Of a DNA stretch of 64,000 bases, positions 54,530 through 64,000 are shown in pieces. The notes under the pieces were generated by a model. The model had not been told where the DNA came from and ran no database searches. It was given only the letters and a program-made list of their open reading frames with translations. The stretch covers positions 2,755 through 66,754 of the forward strand of contig JBEKRC010000002.1 of NCBI GenBank assembly GCA_049997875.1, in the 5' to 3' direction. The stretch's first letter is position 1, and each line of letters opens with the position of its first letter. The position numbers and the translations under genes were made by a program. Origin of the DNA: Minisyncoccia bacterium. GTDB taxonomy: Bacteria; Patescibacteriota; Minisyncoccia; UBA6257; 2-01-FULL-56-20.

Positions 54530-55785
54530 TAAAAGTTATTATATACCTTTCCGCCGACGATGCTGTGGATGACGCTTCCGGGAAACGTAATGCCCTCAAA
54601 CGGCGACCAGCCGCACTTTGTTTTCAGATCTTCCCGTCGGACCGTCATGGGGCGGTCGGGATCTATGACGGTAAACGAGCCGTAATAGCCCTCCTTGATT
54701 ACGCCGAATCCGTTTCCGTATTTCTTCGGGAGGTAGGGATTTACAAAATTGCCAGGATTGAACGCGGAAATGCGCGCGATATCGCACGGCGCGAATCCGT
54801 GTTCGCGCATGAGCCACGTCGTGAAGGGGCCGTACGTATCAAGATGCGGCATGCCGGAAGTGCCTTTCATTTTTTCTTCTCTTGTGTGCGGTGCGTGGTC
54901 GGTCGCAAGAAAATCAATGCCGCCCGTGCGTAGAAGCTCAATGAGCGCTTTTCTATCTGCGGGATTCGTGCGCAGGGCCGGGTTTACCTGGAGCCAACGC
55001 CGCTTTTCGTCGCTCACCGACGCGGCGTCAAAGTAAAGATGGTGCGGCGCGATCTCGCAGGTCACCGGCACGCCGCGCTGCTTAGCCTCAATAATTTTCC
55101 GTACGGCGGAAAGCGTGGATGCATGGCATATTTTCCCTTTCAGCTCGTATTTTTGAATGAGGGTGAGCGCGAAGTCAACAGCGATGACCTCCGTTTCGGG
55201 CGGGCGGCGCAGTTCGTGGGTAGATTCATGCTCGTGCGCCTTGAGCGCCACGGGATCTTCGCAGTGGAAGCTTATATTTTGGCCGCGATAGTGTGCGAGG
55301 GACGCCGTGAGCTCCTCTTGCGACGTAAAAAAGAGATCTCCCACCGAGGGTCCCATGAAGACCTTGTAAGGAACGGGGAACGAAAGCGGTTTCGTCTTCG
55401 GTCCGATGCCGCCATAGAGGATGACGGGCACGAGCGATCGCCCGGCAATCTTTTCTTTCTCACGGTAACGTTCATCCGTTATGGGTGCCATGGGATTGTT
55501 CGGCATTTCGGCGAAGAACGTGACGCCGCCGCGGATCGCCGCCTCCGATGCCGTTCGGAACGTCTCTTTGTATGATTGCGTGCCGCCCGCGTCCTCGCGC
55601 GCATGCACGTGGATGTCGCCGAAGCCGGGAAAGATAAAACAGCCTGCCGTGTCTATTTCTGATTTGGATGGACCCTGTGCGCGGCTCACATGCTCAATAA
55701 GCCCCGTTTCCCGGTTTATTTCCACCCGTCCTTCAAACTCACCGTCATGATTGATGAATTTTCCTTCTAGGATGAGTGTGCTCAT
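54529..55785 (-). CDS. pyrC: dihydroorotase
   Basis: Amidohydrolase HxH (DIHVHARE), with conserved metal-binding His and Asp residues (HASTL..., ATDHAPH). Confidence 0.85.
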   Translation of the reverse strand: MSTLILEGKFINHDGEFEGRVEINRETGLIEHVSRAQGPSKSEIDTAGCFIFPGFGDIHVHAREDAGGTQSYKETFRTASEAAIRGGVTFFAEMPNNPMAPITDERYREKEKIAGRSLVPVILYGGIGPKTKPLSFPVPYKVFMGPSVGDLFFTSQEELTASLAHYRGQNISFHCEDPVALKAHEHESTHELRRPPETEVIAVDFALTLIQKYELKGKICHASTLSAVRKIIEAKQRGVPVTCEIAPHHLYFDAASVSDEKRRWLQVNPALRTNPADRKALIELLRTGGIDFLATDHAPHTREEKMKGTSGMPHLDTYGPFTTWLMREHGFAPCDIARISAFNPGNFVNPYLPKKYGNGFGVIKEGYYGSFTVIDPDRPMTVRREDLKTKCGWSPFEGITFPGSVIHSIVGGKVYNNF

Positions 55786-55795
55786 ATATTTATTC

Positions 55796-56881
55796 TCATG
55801 TGTTTTTTGTGCCTACTGCCTCTTCAATAGACGAGAAGCCGTCCCGTTCAAGAAGTTTTACAAGGCCCTTTTTAATCTTCTTTACAAGCCCCGGCCCTTC
55901 ATACACAAGACCGGTATAAATCTCAACCAGAGAGGCGCCCGCCCGTATTTTCTCGTACGCATCTTCCGCCGAAAAAATGCCGCCGGCACCCACAAGCGGG
56001 ATAGTCCCGCGCGATCTTTTATAAAGATAGCGGATGATTTCGTTTGAGCGTTCCCGAAGCGGGCGCCCGCTCAATCCGCCCGCGCCCATCGCGGCCACTT
56101 TTGCTCCGGACGTTCCGAGATCGACGCGGGCAATGGTGGTATTCGTCGCGATGATGCCGCTTGTACCGGTTTCGCGGACGATGTCCACAACATCGTTCAG
56201 TTGTCCTTCGGTGAGATCCGGCGCGATCTTCAAAAGGATCGGTTTCTGATTTTTCGCATCGCGGTTGAGTCTTTGCAATGCCTTCAAAAGTTTCGTGAGC
56301 GCGTCTTTTTCCTGCAATGCGCGAAGGCCCGGCGTATTGGGAGAACTGACATTCACTGCGACGTAGTCGGCGAGGGGGGAGAGCGTGCGGAAACATGTTT
56401 CGTAGTCGTCCACCGCGTTTTCGTTTGGCGTGGTTTTGTTCTTGCCGATGTTCACGCCAAGCACGCAGTCCCGTCTTCCCGCGTGCGCCATAAGATTATT
56501 TTTCGCCGCTTCGGCGCCATTCCCGTTGAATCCCATCCGGTTGATGATCGCCTCGTCTTTTGGGAGCCGGAAAAGGCGCGGCTTGGGATTGCCCGGCTGG
56601 GGCCGCGGCGTGATAGTGCCTACTTCCACGAATCCAAAGCCGAGCGCGGAGAGGACGGGAGTGATCTCTGCATTCTTATCAAATCCCGCCGCAAGGCCGA
56701 CCGGGTTTTTGAATGATAGGCCGAACGCATGTACGCGGAGCCGCTCGTCCTCAAATGCGTAGAGCGATCTCACTATTTCGCGGAAAGGGGAATATTTGAG
56801 CACTCTTCCGAGCGCGTGGGTTCTCTCGTGTGCCACCTCGGCATCCGGCAAAAAAAGGAACGGCCTTACAAGCTTATACAT
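55796..56881 (-). CDS. pyrD: dihydroorotate dehydrogenase (class 2, quinone-dependent type)
   Basis: The N-terminal extension and GFDKN, NVSSPNTPGLR and a catalytic Ser-containing loop indicate a family 2 DHODH. Confidence 0.85.
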   Translation of the reverse strand: MYKLVRPFLFLPDAEVAHERTHALGRVLKYSPFREIVRSLYAFEDERLRVHAFGLSFKNPVGLAAGFDKNAEITPVLSALGFGFVEVGTITPRPQPGNPKPRLFRLPKDEAIINRMGFNGNGAEAAKNNLMAHAGRRDCVLGVNIGKNKTTPNENAVDDYETCFRTLSPLADYVAVNVSSPNTPGLRALQEKDALTKLLKALQRLNRDAKNQKPILLKIAPDLTEGQLNDVVDIVRETGTSGIIATNTTIARVDLGTSGAKVAAMGAGGLSGRPLRERSNEIIRYLYKRSRGTIPLVGAGGIFSAEDAYEKIRAGASLVEIYTGLVYEGPGLVKKIKKGLVKLLERDGFSSIEEAVGTKNT

Positions 56882-56895
56882 GGGGCAAGTGGATG

Positions 56896-57687
56896 TTATC
56901 GGAACGCGTTGATGGCATCCTTTAGTTGTCTGGCCTCCCGTGCGGGATCCTTTGCAAAGATGATGCCGCGGGAAGAGTTTACGATCATGCCTTTCTTCTT
57001 GGCGCTCAAGCCTGCCCGTACCATCTTCTCAATATCGCCGCCCTGGGTGCCCACGCCGGGTACGAGGAAGGTCATGTCGCCCATGAGCTTTCGGAGCGTC
57101 ACCATCTCTTCTGGATAGGTCGCGCCGACGACGAGCAGGCAATTCCCGTTTTCGTTCCATTCGTCCCGTACCTTTTCCGCGATGATTTGCCACAACGGTT
57201 TCCCACCGACCGTGAGGTCTTGCACCTCGCGTGCGCCAGGATTGGAGGTACGGCAAAGGATGATACAGCCCTTTTCCTTTCGCGCAAGGAACGGCGCGAG
57301 CGGTTCTTTTCCAAGATAGGGAGAGAGCGTAACAGCATCAAAGCCGAACCAGTCAAAGAGCTCCCTTGCGTACTGTTTATTGGTGTTTACGGTGTCTCCG
57401 CGCTTTGCGTCGCAGATCATAATTATGTCGGGGTAGGTCTTTTGGATATATTCCATAGTGAGCTTCAGCGCGTGCATTCCCTCCTCGCCGCGAGATTCGT
57501 AAAATGCGATGTTCGGCTTGTAGGCGGCGACATCCTGATGGGTGAGATCAACGATATGTTTATTGAACGCAAACTGCGGGAATTTTTCCTTACGGAAGGA
57601 GGCGGGGATTTGCTCAAAATCGGAATCCAACCCGACGCAGACAAGCGATTGCGCCGCATCCGCGCGAAGGTTGTACTTTTTGATCAC
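56896..57687 (-). CDS. pyrF: orotidine 5'-phosphate decarboxylase (type 2)
   Basis: LVCVGLD...DAKRGD..NT motifs. 263 aa. Confidence 0.85.
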   Translation of the reverse strand: MIKKYNLRADAAQSLVCVGLDSDFEQIPASFRKEKFPQFAFNKHIVDLTHQDVAAYKPNIAFYESRGEEGMHALKLTMEYIQKTYPDIIMICDAKRGDTVNTNKQYARELFDWFGFDAVTLSPYLGKEPLAPFLARKEKGCIILCRTSNPGAREVQDLTVGGKPLWQIIAEKVRDEWNENGNCLLVVGATYPEEMVTLRKLMGDMTFLVPGVGTQGGDIEKMVRAGLSAKKKGMIVNSSRGIIFAKDPAREARQLKDAINAFR

Positions 57688-58376
57688 AGTTTTAGTGGCC
57701 GCTCGCCGTATGTTGCAAAATATTCTTCTAACTCTTTCCTCACGATTTCGCCTGGTTGCAGTTTTTCAAACAACTTCGGCAGAAATTCCGTTGCGTTCGT
57801 GAGGGCATAATAGGGAATATCCTTTTCCTTGAGTACCTGTGCGACCGTGGTTCCGTCGTCGCGCCTCTCGCTGCGATTGGTAAGCGCAAGGGTGGCGATA
57901 ATGTTGACTTTTGCTTCAAGAAGAATATCAACCGTAGTGAGCAGAGACCCTCCTGTGGTAACGGCATCCTCCAAAACTATCGTTTTTCCTCTCGGGAGGC
58001 CGAGAAAGTGTTGGTCCTTTACGGCGCCATGCTCTTTCGGTTTACCGCGTCCCATGGCAAGCACATAGGGACGGCTTGTATAATCCGGCTGTTTTTTTGC
58101 CCATTTGTTTTGCGTGAGGACGCCGAGTTTTGTGGCTCCTTCCGGGACACCGTAAAAACAATCGGGTGAAAGCCCGAGGTCTTCCACGAAGGCGATCACG
58201 TAGTCGGTGAGCTCGTCAATGGAGCGCACGTCTTCGGCGACCGTCCGCCAGTTCGCATACCAGGGACAAAGCCGCCCCGACTTCATTTTCATCAGTTTCT
58301 CGGAAAAACCGACCACGCCATGATCCAGCATGAACGCTTCAAATGCGTTTTGGTCAAAGTGGTGCTTAGAACCCAT
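57684..58376 (-). CDS. pyrE: orotate phosphoribosyltransferase
   Basis: PRTase motif VLEDAVTTGGS. 230 aa. Overlaps pyrF by 4 nt. Confidence 0.85.
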   Translation of the reverse strand: MGSKHHFDQNAFEAFMLDHGVVGFSEKLMKMKSGRLCPWYANWRTVAEDVRSIDELTDYVIAFVEDLGLSPDCFYGVPEGATKLGVLTQNKWAKKQPDYTSRPYVLAMGRGKPKEHGAVKDQHFLGLPRGKTIVLEDAVTTGGSLLTTVDILLEAKVNIIATLALTNRSERRDDGTTVAQVLKEKDIPYYALTNATEFLPKLFEKLQPGEIVRKELEEYFATYGERPLKL

Positions 58377-58488
58377 TAACGTAAGTATACAAAATTGGCT
58401 TGATATAAGTTAGCGATATGCAGTATGATGCAGCCAGCAGCCTCCGATGCTTGTTGTGATAAAAGAGGCGCTGGAAGGAAGGTGAACC

Positions 58489-58728
58489 ATGAGTGATTTA
58501 CGAGCTCTACGCTATCCTGTCGCGGCAGAGGATCGGCTACCGGAAGGGAAACCTTCCGCGCATGACCAGAAAGTCTTCCGGAAAGTTGGCCGTCTGATCG
58601 CTGCCGGGTGGAAACTTCTCGGTAGTTTTTACACCGGCTACGGCCACTATGCTATCCGCCTGTCTATGGCGAAAGGCGGCAGGGCAGAGGAGTTTTTCAC
58701 CGATCTGCCATTTGGGAGGGAGCTATGA
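58489..58728 (+). CDS. hypothetical small protein
   Basis: 79 aa with no family recognised. A 29-codon hydrophobic mini-ORF (MKLFKVVGLVIVLVFILALAFLGGSGIKG) follows with an ATGA overlap at 58725-58728. Confidence 0.25.
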   Translation: MSDLRALRYPVAAEDRLPEGKPSAHDQKVFRKVGRLIAAGWKLLGSFYTGYGHYAIRLSMAKGGRAEEFFTDLPFGREL

Positions 58729-58884
58729 AGCTTTTCAAAGTTGTCGGATTAGTCATCGTGTTGGTTTTTATCTTAGCTCTGGCGTTTTTGGGAGGATCTG
58801 GCATCAAGGGATGAGTAAAGGAGAACACCCCAAAACGTCCCATCCACCAGTGCCCGCCGCCTAACTCACGTGCGGGCACTTCGC

Positions 58885-61800
58885 TTATCTATACTTAATG
58901 CTGTTTTTCCTCCCAAGATATTCCTGCCAGGAGCGGATCGCGACGTCGCGGAGACCGTAGGTGACGCGGGCGCGGACGAAAGCCCGCGCAAGCTGAAGAT
59001 CGGTGAAAAGGGGAATGTTGGTATCCACGGCGGCGCGGCGGATGAGGTAGCCATCGGTCCGCCGCAGGCGCGATTCCTTGGAATGGTTGGCATGATTTTC
59101 ATGATTGCTCACGTTTACGACAAAGGCAATCTTTTTTTTCTGGATAAGCGCAAGTGCGTTCGGATTCTTTCCTTCGCTTACCTTGTATATCCGCGCGGCG
59201 CGGATGTCGTGACGATTGAGAAATTCTGCGGTGCCCTGGGTGGCATACAAGGTGAAACCGTTCGTGGCGAGCGCCTCTGCCGATTCCAGAAATTCCCTCT
59301 TATTGGACCCTCCGCCGAGCGAGACGAATGCGCTCTTCGCCTCATTCAGGGGCATGCTTGCCGCTATGGAGGTAAGCAGGGCGCTTTCAAGGTCACGGCC
59401 GAAGCAGGCGACTTCTCCGGTGGACGCCATTTCCACATGGAGCACCGGATCGGAACCCGGGAGTCGGCCGAAGGAAAATTGCGGCGATTTTACAACGGCG
59501 TAGTCGGGATAGCGGAGCGAGACGGCGCGGGCGTGCCCGTAGAACGCATCCACGATCATGTCGGCAAAATTCACACCGCTTGCCTTGCTGATGAAGGGGA
59601 AGGTGCGGGATGCCCGTGCATTGAGCTCTATCACGTACACTTTGTTGTCTTTCACGAGGCATTGCAGATTGAAGGGCCCCGTGATGCGGAGCGCGCGCGC
59701 GAGTTTCACGGCGACGGTTTGGATCTCGTTCGCGGTCTTTGCGTACACCTTCTGCGGCGGATACACGATGGTAGCGTCGCCGGAGTGCACGCCGGCGTTC
59801 TCAATATGTTCGGCAATCGCGGAAATTTTGATGATGCCGGATTGCGCAACCGCATCAAATTCTATTTCTTTTGCACCAAGGATGAATTTAGAGATCGTTA
59901 CGGGATGTTCGCGGTTCAAAAGGATCGCGCGCTTCACAAATTCCTTGAGTTCCGCCGCGTCGGCACACACACGCATGGCACTCCCGGAGAGCACATACGA
60001 GGGACGTACGAGAACGGGGTAGCCAACTTTTTCGGCAAAGTGTGCGGCTGCTTTTACAGTAGTGAAGGTATCCCATTCCGGCTGGGCGATTCGAAGTGAA
60101 TCAAGCAGTGCCGAAAACTTACTGCGGTCTTCGGCGCGATCAATGTCGTGCGGGTTGGTGCCCATGATCGGCACGCGGAGCGCCGATAATTTCTGGACGA
60201 TGTTATTTGGCGCCTGGCCACCGACCGATACGACGACTCCCGACGCACGTTCAAATTCATAAATGTCCGCCACTGATTCCAAACTTACATTTTCAAAATA
60301 AAGACGGTCGGAAATGTCGTAGTCAGTAGAGACCGTCTCGGGATTGCAGTTCACAATCACGGCCCGCTTATCGTGCTTTTTGAGCGCGAGGGCGGTATGC
60401 ACCGCTGACCAGTCAAACTCTACCGACGAGCCGATGTGATAAGGTCCCGAGCCAAGCACCATAACGCTCTTTTTGCCGAGCGGCGCGACGTCGTTATGGG
60501 AACCGTTATAGGTGAGATAGAGATAGTTCGTCCGCGCGGGAACCTCGCCCGCGAGCGTGTCAATTTGAAAGACCGACGGCACGACGCGGAATCGTTTTCT
60601 CTCGGCGCGGATTTGCATTTCGGTAGCTTCGCGAAGGTGGCCGATGCGCGCATCCGAAAGGCCGCATTGCTTCGCGCGAAGGAGCTTGTCTTTCGTGAGT
60701 CCGCCGGCTTTTATTTCCTTTTCCATCCGGATGATGTTCTGAATGCGATAGAGGAACCAAGGATCAATGCCAGTCAGTTTGTAGATAGTTTTCGGAGAGA
60801 TCCCGGCGCGAAGCCCTGCTGCGATCGCAAAGAGCCGGTGAGGAGTAGGGACCTTGAGGCGTCGCACGAGAGGGACGCTCGCTTCGCCCGGCACTTCATC
60901 CGTCGCGCCCTGGAGGTGGAGGTGAAGCATGCGGACCGCTTTTTGGATGGCCTCTTCAAATGTCCGCCCGATCGCCATCACTTCACCCACCGATTTCATC
61001 GCGCTTGAAATGGTCTCCTCGGCGCGCGCGAACTTGCTGATATCCCAGCGGGGGATCTTCACGACCACGTAATCCAGCGCCGGTTCAAAGAACGATTGCG
61101 TCACTTTCGTGATCTGGTTCGGCACGTCGTGGAGCGCGTGGCCCAGGGCGAGCTTCGCCGCGACGTAGGCGAGGGGATAGCCGGTCGCCTTTGAGGCGAG
61201 CGCGGAAGACCGCGAGAGCCGCGCATTCACTTCAATCACATAGTAATCAAGCGCGCCGTTCGTGGGCTTCGGGTTCAGTGCGAACTGGACGTTGCACTCG
61301 CCGATGATCCCCAAGCTTTTCACGATTTTGATTGATGCCGCGCGCAGTTCGTGATATTCGGTATTTGTGAGCGTCTGGCTCGGCGCGATCACGATGGAGT
61401 CGCCGGTATGGATGCCCAACGGATCCATGTTCTCCATGTTGCAGACCGTGACGCAGTTGTCGTACCTGTCCCGCACCACTTCGTATTCAATTTCTTTGTA
61501 ATGATGCAGATATTTTTCAATGAGCACTTGTGGAGAGAGGGCAAGCGCTCCCGAAACGATGGTGCGAAGTTCTTGGCTGTTTTTCGCGACGCCAGATTTC
61601 TGTCCTCCGAGCGCGAAGGCCGCTCGCACCATGACCGGGAAGCCGACGGCTCTAGCAATTTTCTCCGCCTCGCGAACGCTCACGGCTGCGCCCGATGGCG
61701 GGACGGGAAGACCTATTTTTCTTAAGTGGTGAGCAAATTTCTCGCGGTCTTCCGTAAGGATGATGCTTTTAAGGGGCGAACCCAGTACCTCAATGCCGTA

Positions 61801-62130
61801 TTTTTTGAGGATGCCGCGCTCGCCGAGGCGCACGCCGCAGTTCAGGGCGGTTTGCCCGCCGAAGGCGAGCGCGATGCCCTGTGGGCGCTCCTTCTCAATG
61901 ATTTTTTCCACGAAATAATCCGTGACCGGCAGGAAATATATTTTGTCCGCGAGGAGCGGCGAGGTCTGGATCGTCGCAATGTTGGGATTCACGAGCACGG
62001 TCCGAAGCCCCGCTTCCTTGAACGCTTTCATTGCCTGCGAGCCGGAGTAGTCAAATTCGCCTGCTTCGCCGATCTTGAGCGCGCCGGAGCCGAGCACCAG
62101 GACCTTCTTGATTTTTTGGTGCGGTGTCAT
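58885..62130 (-). CDS. carB: carbamoyl-phosphate synthase large subunit
   Basis: 1081 aa with two ATP-grasp halves and a C-terminal MGS-like domain, a canonical CarB architecture. Confidence 0.95.
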   Translation of the reverse strand: MTPHQKIKKVLVLGSGALKIGEAGEFDYSGSQAMKAFKEAGLRTVLVNPNIATIQTSPLLADKIYFLPVTDYFVEKIIEKERPQGIALAFGGQTALNCGVRLGERGILKKYGIEVLGSPLKSIILTEDREKFAHHLRKIGLPVPPSGAAVSVREAEKIARAVGFPVMVRAAFALGGQKSGVAKNSQELRTIVSGALALSPQVLIEKYLHHYKEIEYEVVRDRYDNCVTVCNMENMDPLGIHTGDSIVIAPSQTLTNTEYHELRAASIKIVKSLGIIGECNVQFALNPKPTNGALDYYVIEVNARLSRSSALASKATGYPLAYVAAKLALGHALHDVPNQITKVTQSFFEPALDYVVVKIPRWDISKFARAEETISSAMKSVGEVMAIGRTFEEAIQKAVRMLHLHLQGATDEVPGEASVPLVRRLKVPTPHRLFAIAAGLRAGISPKTIYKLTGIDPWFLYRIQNIIRMEKEIKAGGLTKDKLLRAKQCGLSDARIGHLREATEMQIRAERKRFRVVPSVFQIDTLAGEVPARTNYLYLTYNGSHNDVAPLGKKSVMVLGSGPYHIGSSVEFDWSAVHTALALKKHDKRAVIVNCNPETVSTDYDISDRLYFENVSLESVADIYEFERASGVVVSVGGQAPNNIVQKLSALRVPIMGTNPHDIDRAEDRSKFSALLDSLRIAQPEWDTFTTVKAAAHFAEKVGYPVLVRPSYVLSGSAMRVCADAAELKEFVKRAILLNREHPVTISKFILGAKEIEFDAVAQSGIIKISAIAEHIENAGVHSGDATIVYPPQKVYAKTANEIQTVAVKLARALRITGPFNLQCLVKDNKVYVIELNARASRTFPFISKASGVNFADMIVDAFYGHARAVSLRYPDYAVVKSPQFSFGRLPGSDPVLHVEMASTGEVACFGRDLESALLTSIAASMPLNEAKSAFVSLGGGSNKREFLESAEALATNGFTLYATQGTAEFLNRHDIRAARIYKVSEGKNPNALALIQKKKIAFVVNVSNHENHANHSKESRLRRTDGYLIRRAAVDTNIPLFTDLQLARAFVRARVTYGLRDVAIRSWQEYLGRKNSIKYR

Positions 62131-63176
62131 GGTTTCGGGACGCGCTTCAGGAAATAATCAAAAATCCAGCCCGTGTCCAAGGGACCCGGGCTTGCCTCCG
62201 GATGGAACTGTACGGACATAAAGGGCAAGCGCTCGTGGATCAGGCCTTCGTTCGTGCGGTCGTTCGCGTTCACGAACCACGGGCGGAAGCCGCGCGGGAT
62301 CCTTTTCACGGCAAAGCCATGATTCTGGGTCGTGAGGTAGGAGCGGTCGGTGCCCACGAGCCGACACGGCTGGTTCTGGCTCCGGTGCCCGAATTTAAGC
62401 TTATAGGTAGTACCGCCGGCCGCAAGCGCCAAAATTTGGTTGCCGAGGCAGATACCCAGCATCGGGACCTTTCTCCGAAGCGCCTCGCGGATGTTTGCGA
62501 TAGTGGCGCGGGCCATCATAGGATCGCCCGGGCCGTTTGAGATCACAATGGCGTCAAAGGCGGGCGCGCCCTTTTTGAAGATAGGATAATTCCACGGCAC
62601 GGTCGTAACCCGCACGCCGCGCGCGAGCAGATTGCGACGGATATTTTCCTTCGTGCCGCAATCAACGAGCGCGATCGTCCGTTTACCGTTGCCTTCACGA
62701 AGGAGTGTCTTTATAGAAACCTCGTCCACGAGGTTCCGGCGGTTCGGATCGTCAAATGGGACGTTTTTTTTGCCGATCAAAATCTTCCCAAGCATCGCGC
62801 CTTCTCCGCGTAACTTTTCTGCAAGCGCACGGGTGTCTTTTATCTCAAGCGCGGGTACCCCTTCGCGCCGAAGCCATTTGCCCAGGGTCATCATGCTTGT
62901 GGGATGCGACGGCGTGTCAACGTACTGTGATACCACGACGCCCGCCACCTGAACCCTTTTTGATTCCCAGTGCGTTCTGTCCGGCACGCCGTAGTTCCCG
63001 AGCAGGGGATAGGTGAAAATAAGGATCTGACCCGCATAGGACGGGTCAGTGAGCGATTCCGGATATCCGACCATGCCGGTCGTAAAAACAATTTCACCGG
63101 CAATGGAGATGGGCTTGCCGAAACTTGCCCCCTCAAAAACTATGCCGTCCTTGAAAACGAGTTTGCCGCGCTTCAT
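62127..63176 (-). CDS. carA: carbamoyl-phosphate synthase small subunit (glutamine amidotransferase)
   Basis: GICLGNQ (catalytic Cys), and a HPEASPGP-type His near the C-terminus. Overlaps the carB start by 4 nt. Confidence 0.95.
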   Translation of the reverse strand: MKRGKLVFKDGIVFEGASFGKPISIAGEIVFTTGMVGYPESLTDPSYAGQILIFTYPLLGNYGVPDRTHWESKRVQVAGVVVSQYVDTPSHPTSMMTLGKWLRREGVPALEIKDTRALAEKLRGEGAMLGKILIGKKNVPFDDPNRRNLVDEVSIKTLLREGNGKRTIALVDCGTKENIRRNLLARGVRVTTVPWNYPIFKKGAPAFDAIVISNGPGDPMMARATIANIREALRRKVPMLGICLGNQILALAAGGTTYKLKFGHRSQNQPCRLVGTDRSYLTTQNHGFAVKRIPRGFRPWFVNANDRTNEGLIHERLPFMSVQFHPEASPGPLDTGWIFDYFLKRVPKP

Positions 63177-63238
63177 ATAGATGGGCCATCAGCCCGTTCG
63201 TACTATTGTAGCAAATGAAGCCAAACGGTACCACCCTA

Positions 63239-64000
63239 TCATGACGCAATATATTTCCCTTCGCACGCACGCGCCGTTTCCCGTACCCGCGTCGTGAAAA
63301 CTGCCTGGGCCTTTTCCTTGTTGGCGTCCTCACCCGCCCATGCATCCATAGCGGGATCTTGTAGGGCGCGGCTGTAGGAAAAAGAAAGTTGCCACGGATA
63401 TTCTCCCGTTTTTGCCATCGCCGCGAGAACTATCGCATTCAGATTCTCGGTTGCTTCGCGAGGGGATTGGCCTCCCGAGAGGAAAACGATGCCGGGAACT
63501 TCGGTCGGGACTGACGCCCTGAACGCACGAAGCGTGGCTTCCGCTACTTCCTGCGGCGTCGCGCGCATGCCCGATTCTTTCCCCGGGAGCGCCATGCTGC
63601 TCTTCAGAATCATGCCCCGGAGGGAGATGCGATACTTTTTGAGCGCGGCAAAGACCGTCGTGAGCGTTCGCGCGATGGTCTCTTCTGATTGGGCGAGGGT
63701 GTGATCGCCGTCAATCAGCACTTCTGGCTCCACGATCGGCACGAGCCCCGCCTCCTCCGAAAGCACGGCATATTGCGCGATGAGGTACGCATTCGTTTCA
63801 AGGCATTCCGCTGTGGGGATCCCGTTTCCGATCTTCATAACTGCGCGCCACTTCGTGAAGCGTGCACCCATTGCCGCGTATTCCTGAAGCCGCTCTGCAA
63901 GTCCGTCCAACCCCTCCGTCACTTTTTCTTCGGGAGAGTTCGGAAGCGTGACCGTCCCCTTGTCCACTTTGATCCCGACCGCGATGCCGCGCTTCGCGAG
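63239..64000 (-). CDS. fba: fructose-bisphosphate aldolase, class I (5' end beyond the window)
   Basis: VPIVEPE, ILKSSM (Schiff-base Lys region) and GIVFLSGGQS are class I FBA signatures. The frame stays open to the window edge. Confidence 0.75.
   Translation of the reverse strand, partial: LAKRGIAVGIKVDKGTVTLPNSPEEKVTEGLDGLAERLQEYAAMGARFTKWRAVMKIGNGIPTAECLETNAYLIAQYAVLSEEAGLVPIVEPEVLIDGDHTLAQSEETIARTLTTVFAALKKYRISLRGMILKSSMALPGKESGMRATPQEVAEATLRAFRASVPTEVPGIVFLSGGQSPREATENLNAIVLAAMAKTGEYPWQLSFSYSRALQDPAMDAWAGEDANKEKAQAVFTTRVRETARACEGKYIAS

Noticed and set aside
56926-57810. 294-aa plus-strand ORF antisense to pyrF/pyrE
   Set aside because: Lies within the conserved pyrimidine operon on the opposite strand.
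58870-60099. 409-aa plus-strand ORF antisense to carB
   Set aside because: carB is unambiguous on the minus strand. This is a GC-driven shadow ORF.
1-64000. CRISPR arrays, tRNA or rRNA genes
   Set aside because: No regularly spaced direct repeats and no cloverleaf-like or rRNA-like conserved stretches were seen in intergenic regions. The longest non-coding gaps are 220-600 nt and are explained by promoters, terminators or the candidate sRNA.

Overview
This 64 kb window looks like a small-genome, uncultivated bacterium; it may be CPR/Patescibacteria-like, but that is inference from gene content only. Overall GC is roughly 55%, with an AT-rich island of about 5.5 kb at 24.7-30.2 kb. Gene order from left to right: a partial surface-protein 3' end; glyQS, murA, mreB (with an unusual in-frame 5' extension), holB and frr; a HicB/HicA-like pair; an AlkD-like repair enzyme; rseP and msrB; a DUF763 protein; a MacA/MacB-like tripartite efflux set on the minus strand; an ABC-2 exporter pair; hypothetical secreted proteins; a second HicBA-like pair; a CAP-domain protein; and a glycan locus. 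The glycan locus holds a truncated UDP-sugar dehydrogenase, a truncated HlyD-like adaptor, a GT2 polyprenyl-phosphate glycosyltransferase, three GT4 enzymes, a Wzx-like flippase, two GT-C (ArnT/PMT-like) transferases and a lectin-like protein. The right end carries an MsbA-like ABC exporter and a complete de novo pyrimidine operon (carA, carB, pyrE, pyrF, pyrD, pyrC, pyrB) on the minus strand, then a partial class I aldolase gene. The main candidate for a novel system is a same-strand cluster of about 17.4 kb (32.9-50.3 kb). It contains a PG-binding protein, two membrane proteins, a FtsK/HerA-superfamily (VirD4/VirB4-like) ATPase, six tandem paralogous proteins of about 550-590 aa and roughly 7% cysteine, and a second paralogous ATPase with a C-terminal zinc ribbon. 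Each of the six proteins has related N- and C-terminal CPxCR zinc-ribbon modules flanking an internally duplicated CxxC-rich core. The array is interrupted by an orphan MazF/PemK-like toxin gene on the opposite strand, and a consensus promoter plus intrinsic terminator specify a short RNA of about 55 nt antisense to that toxin's 3' end. No rRNA, tRNA or CRISPR arrays were recognised.
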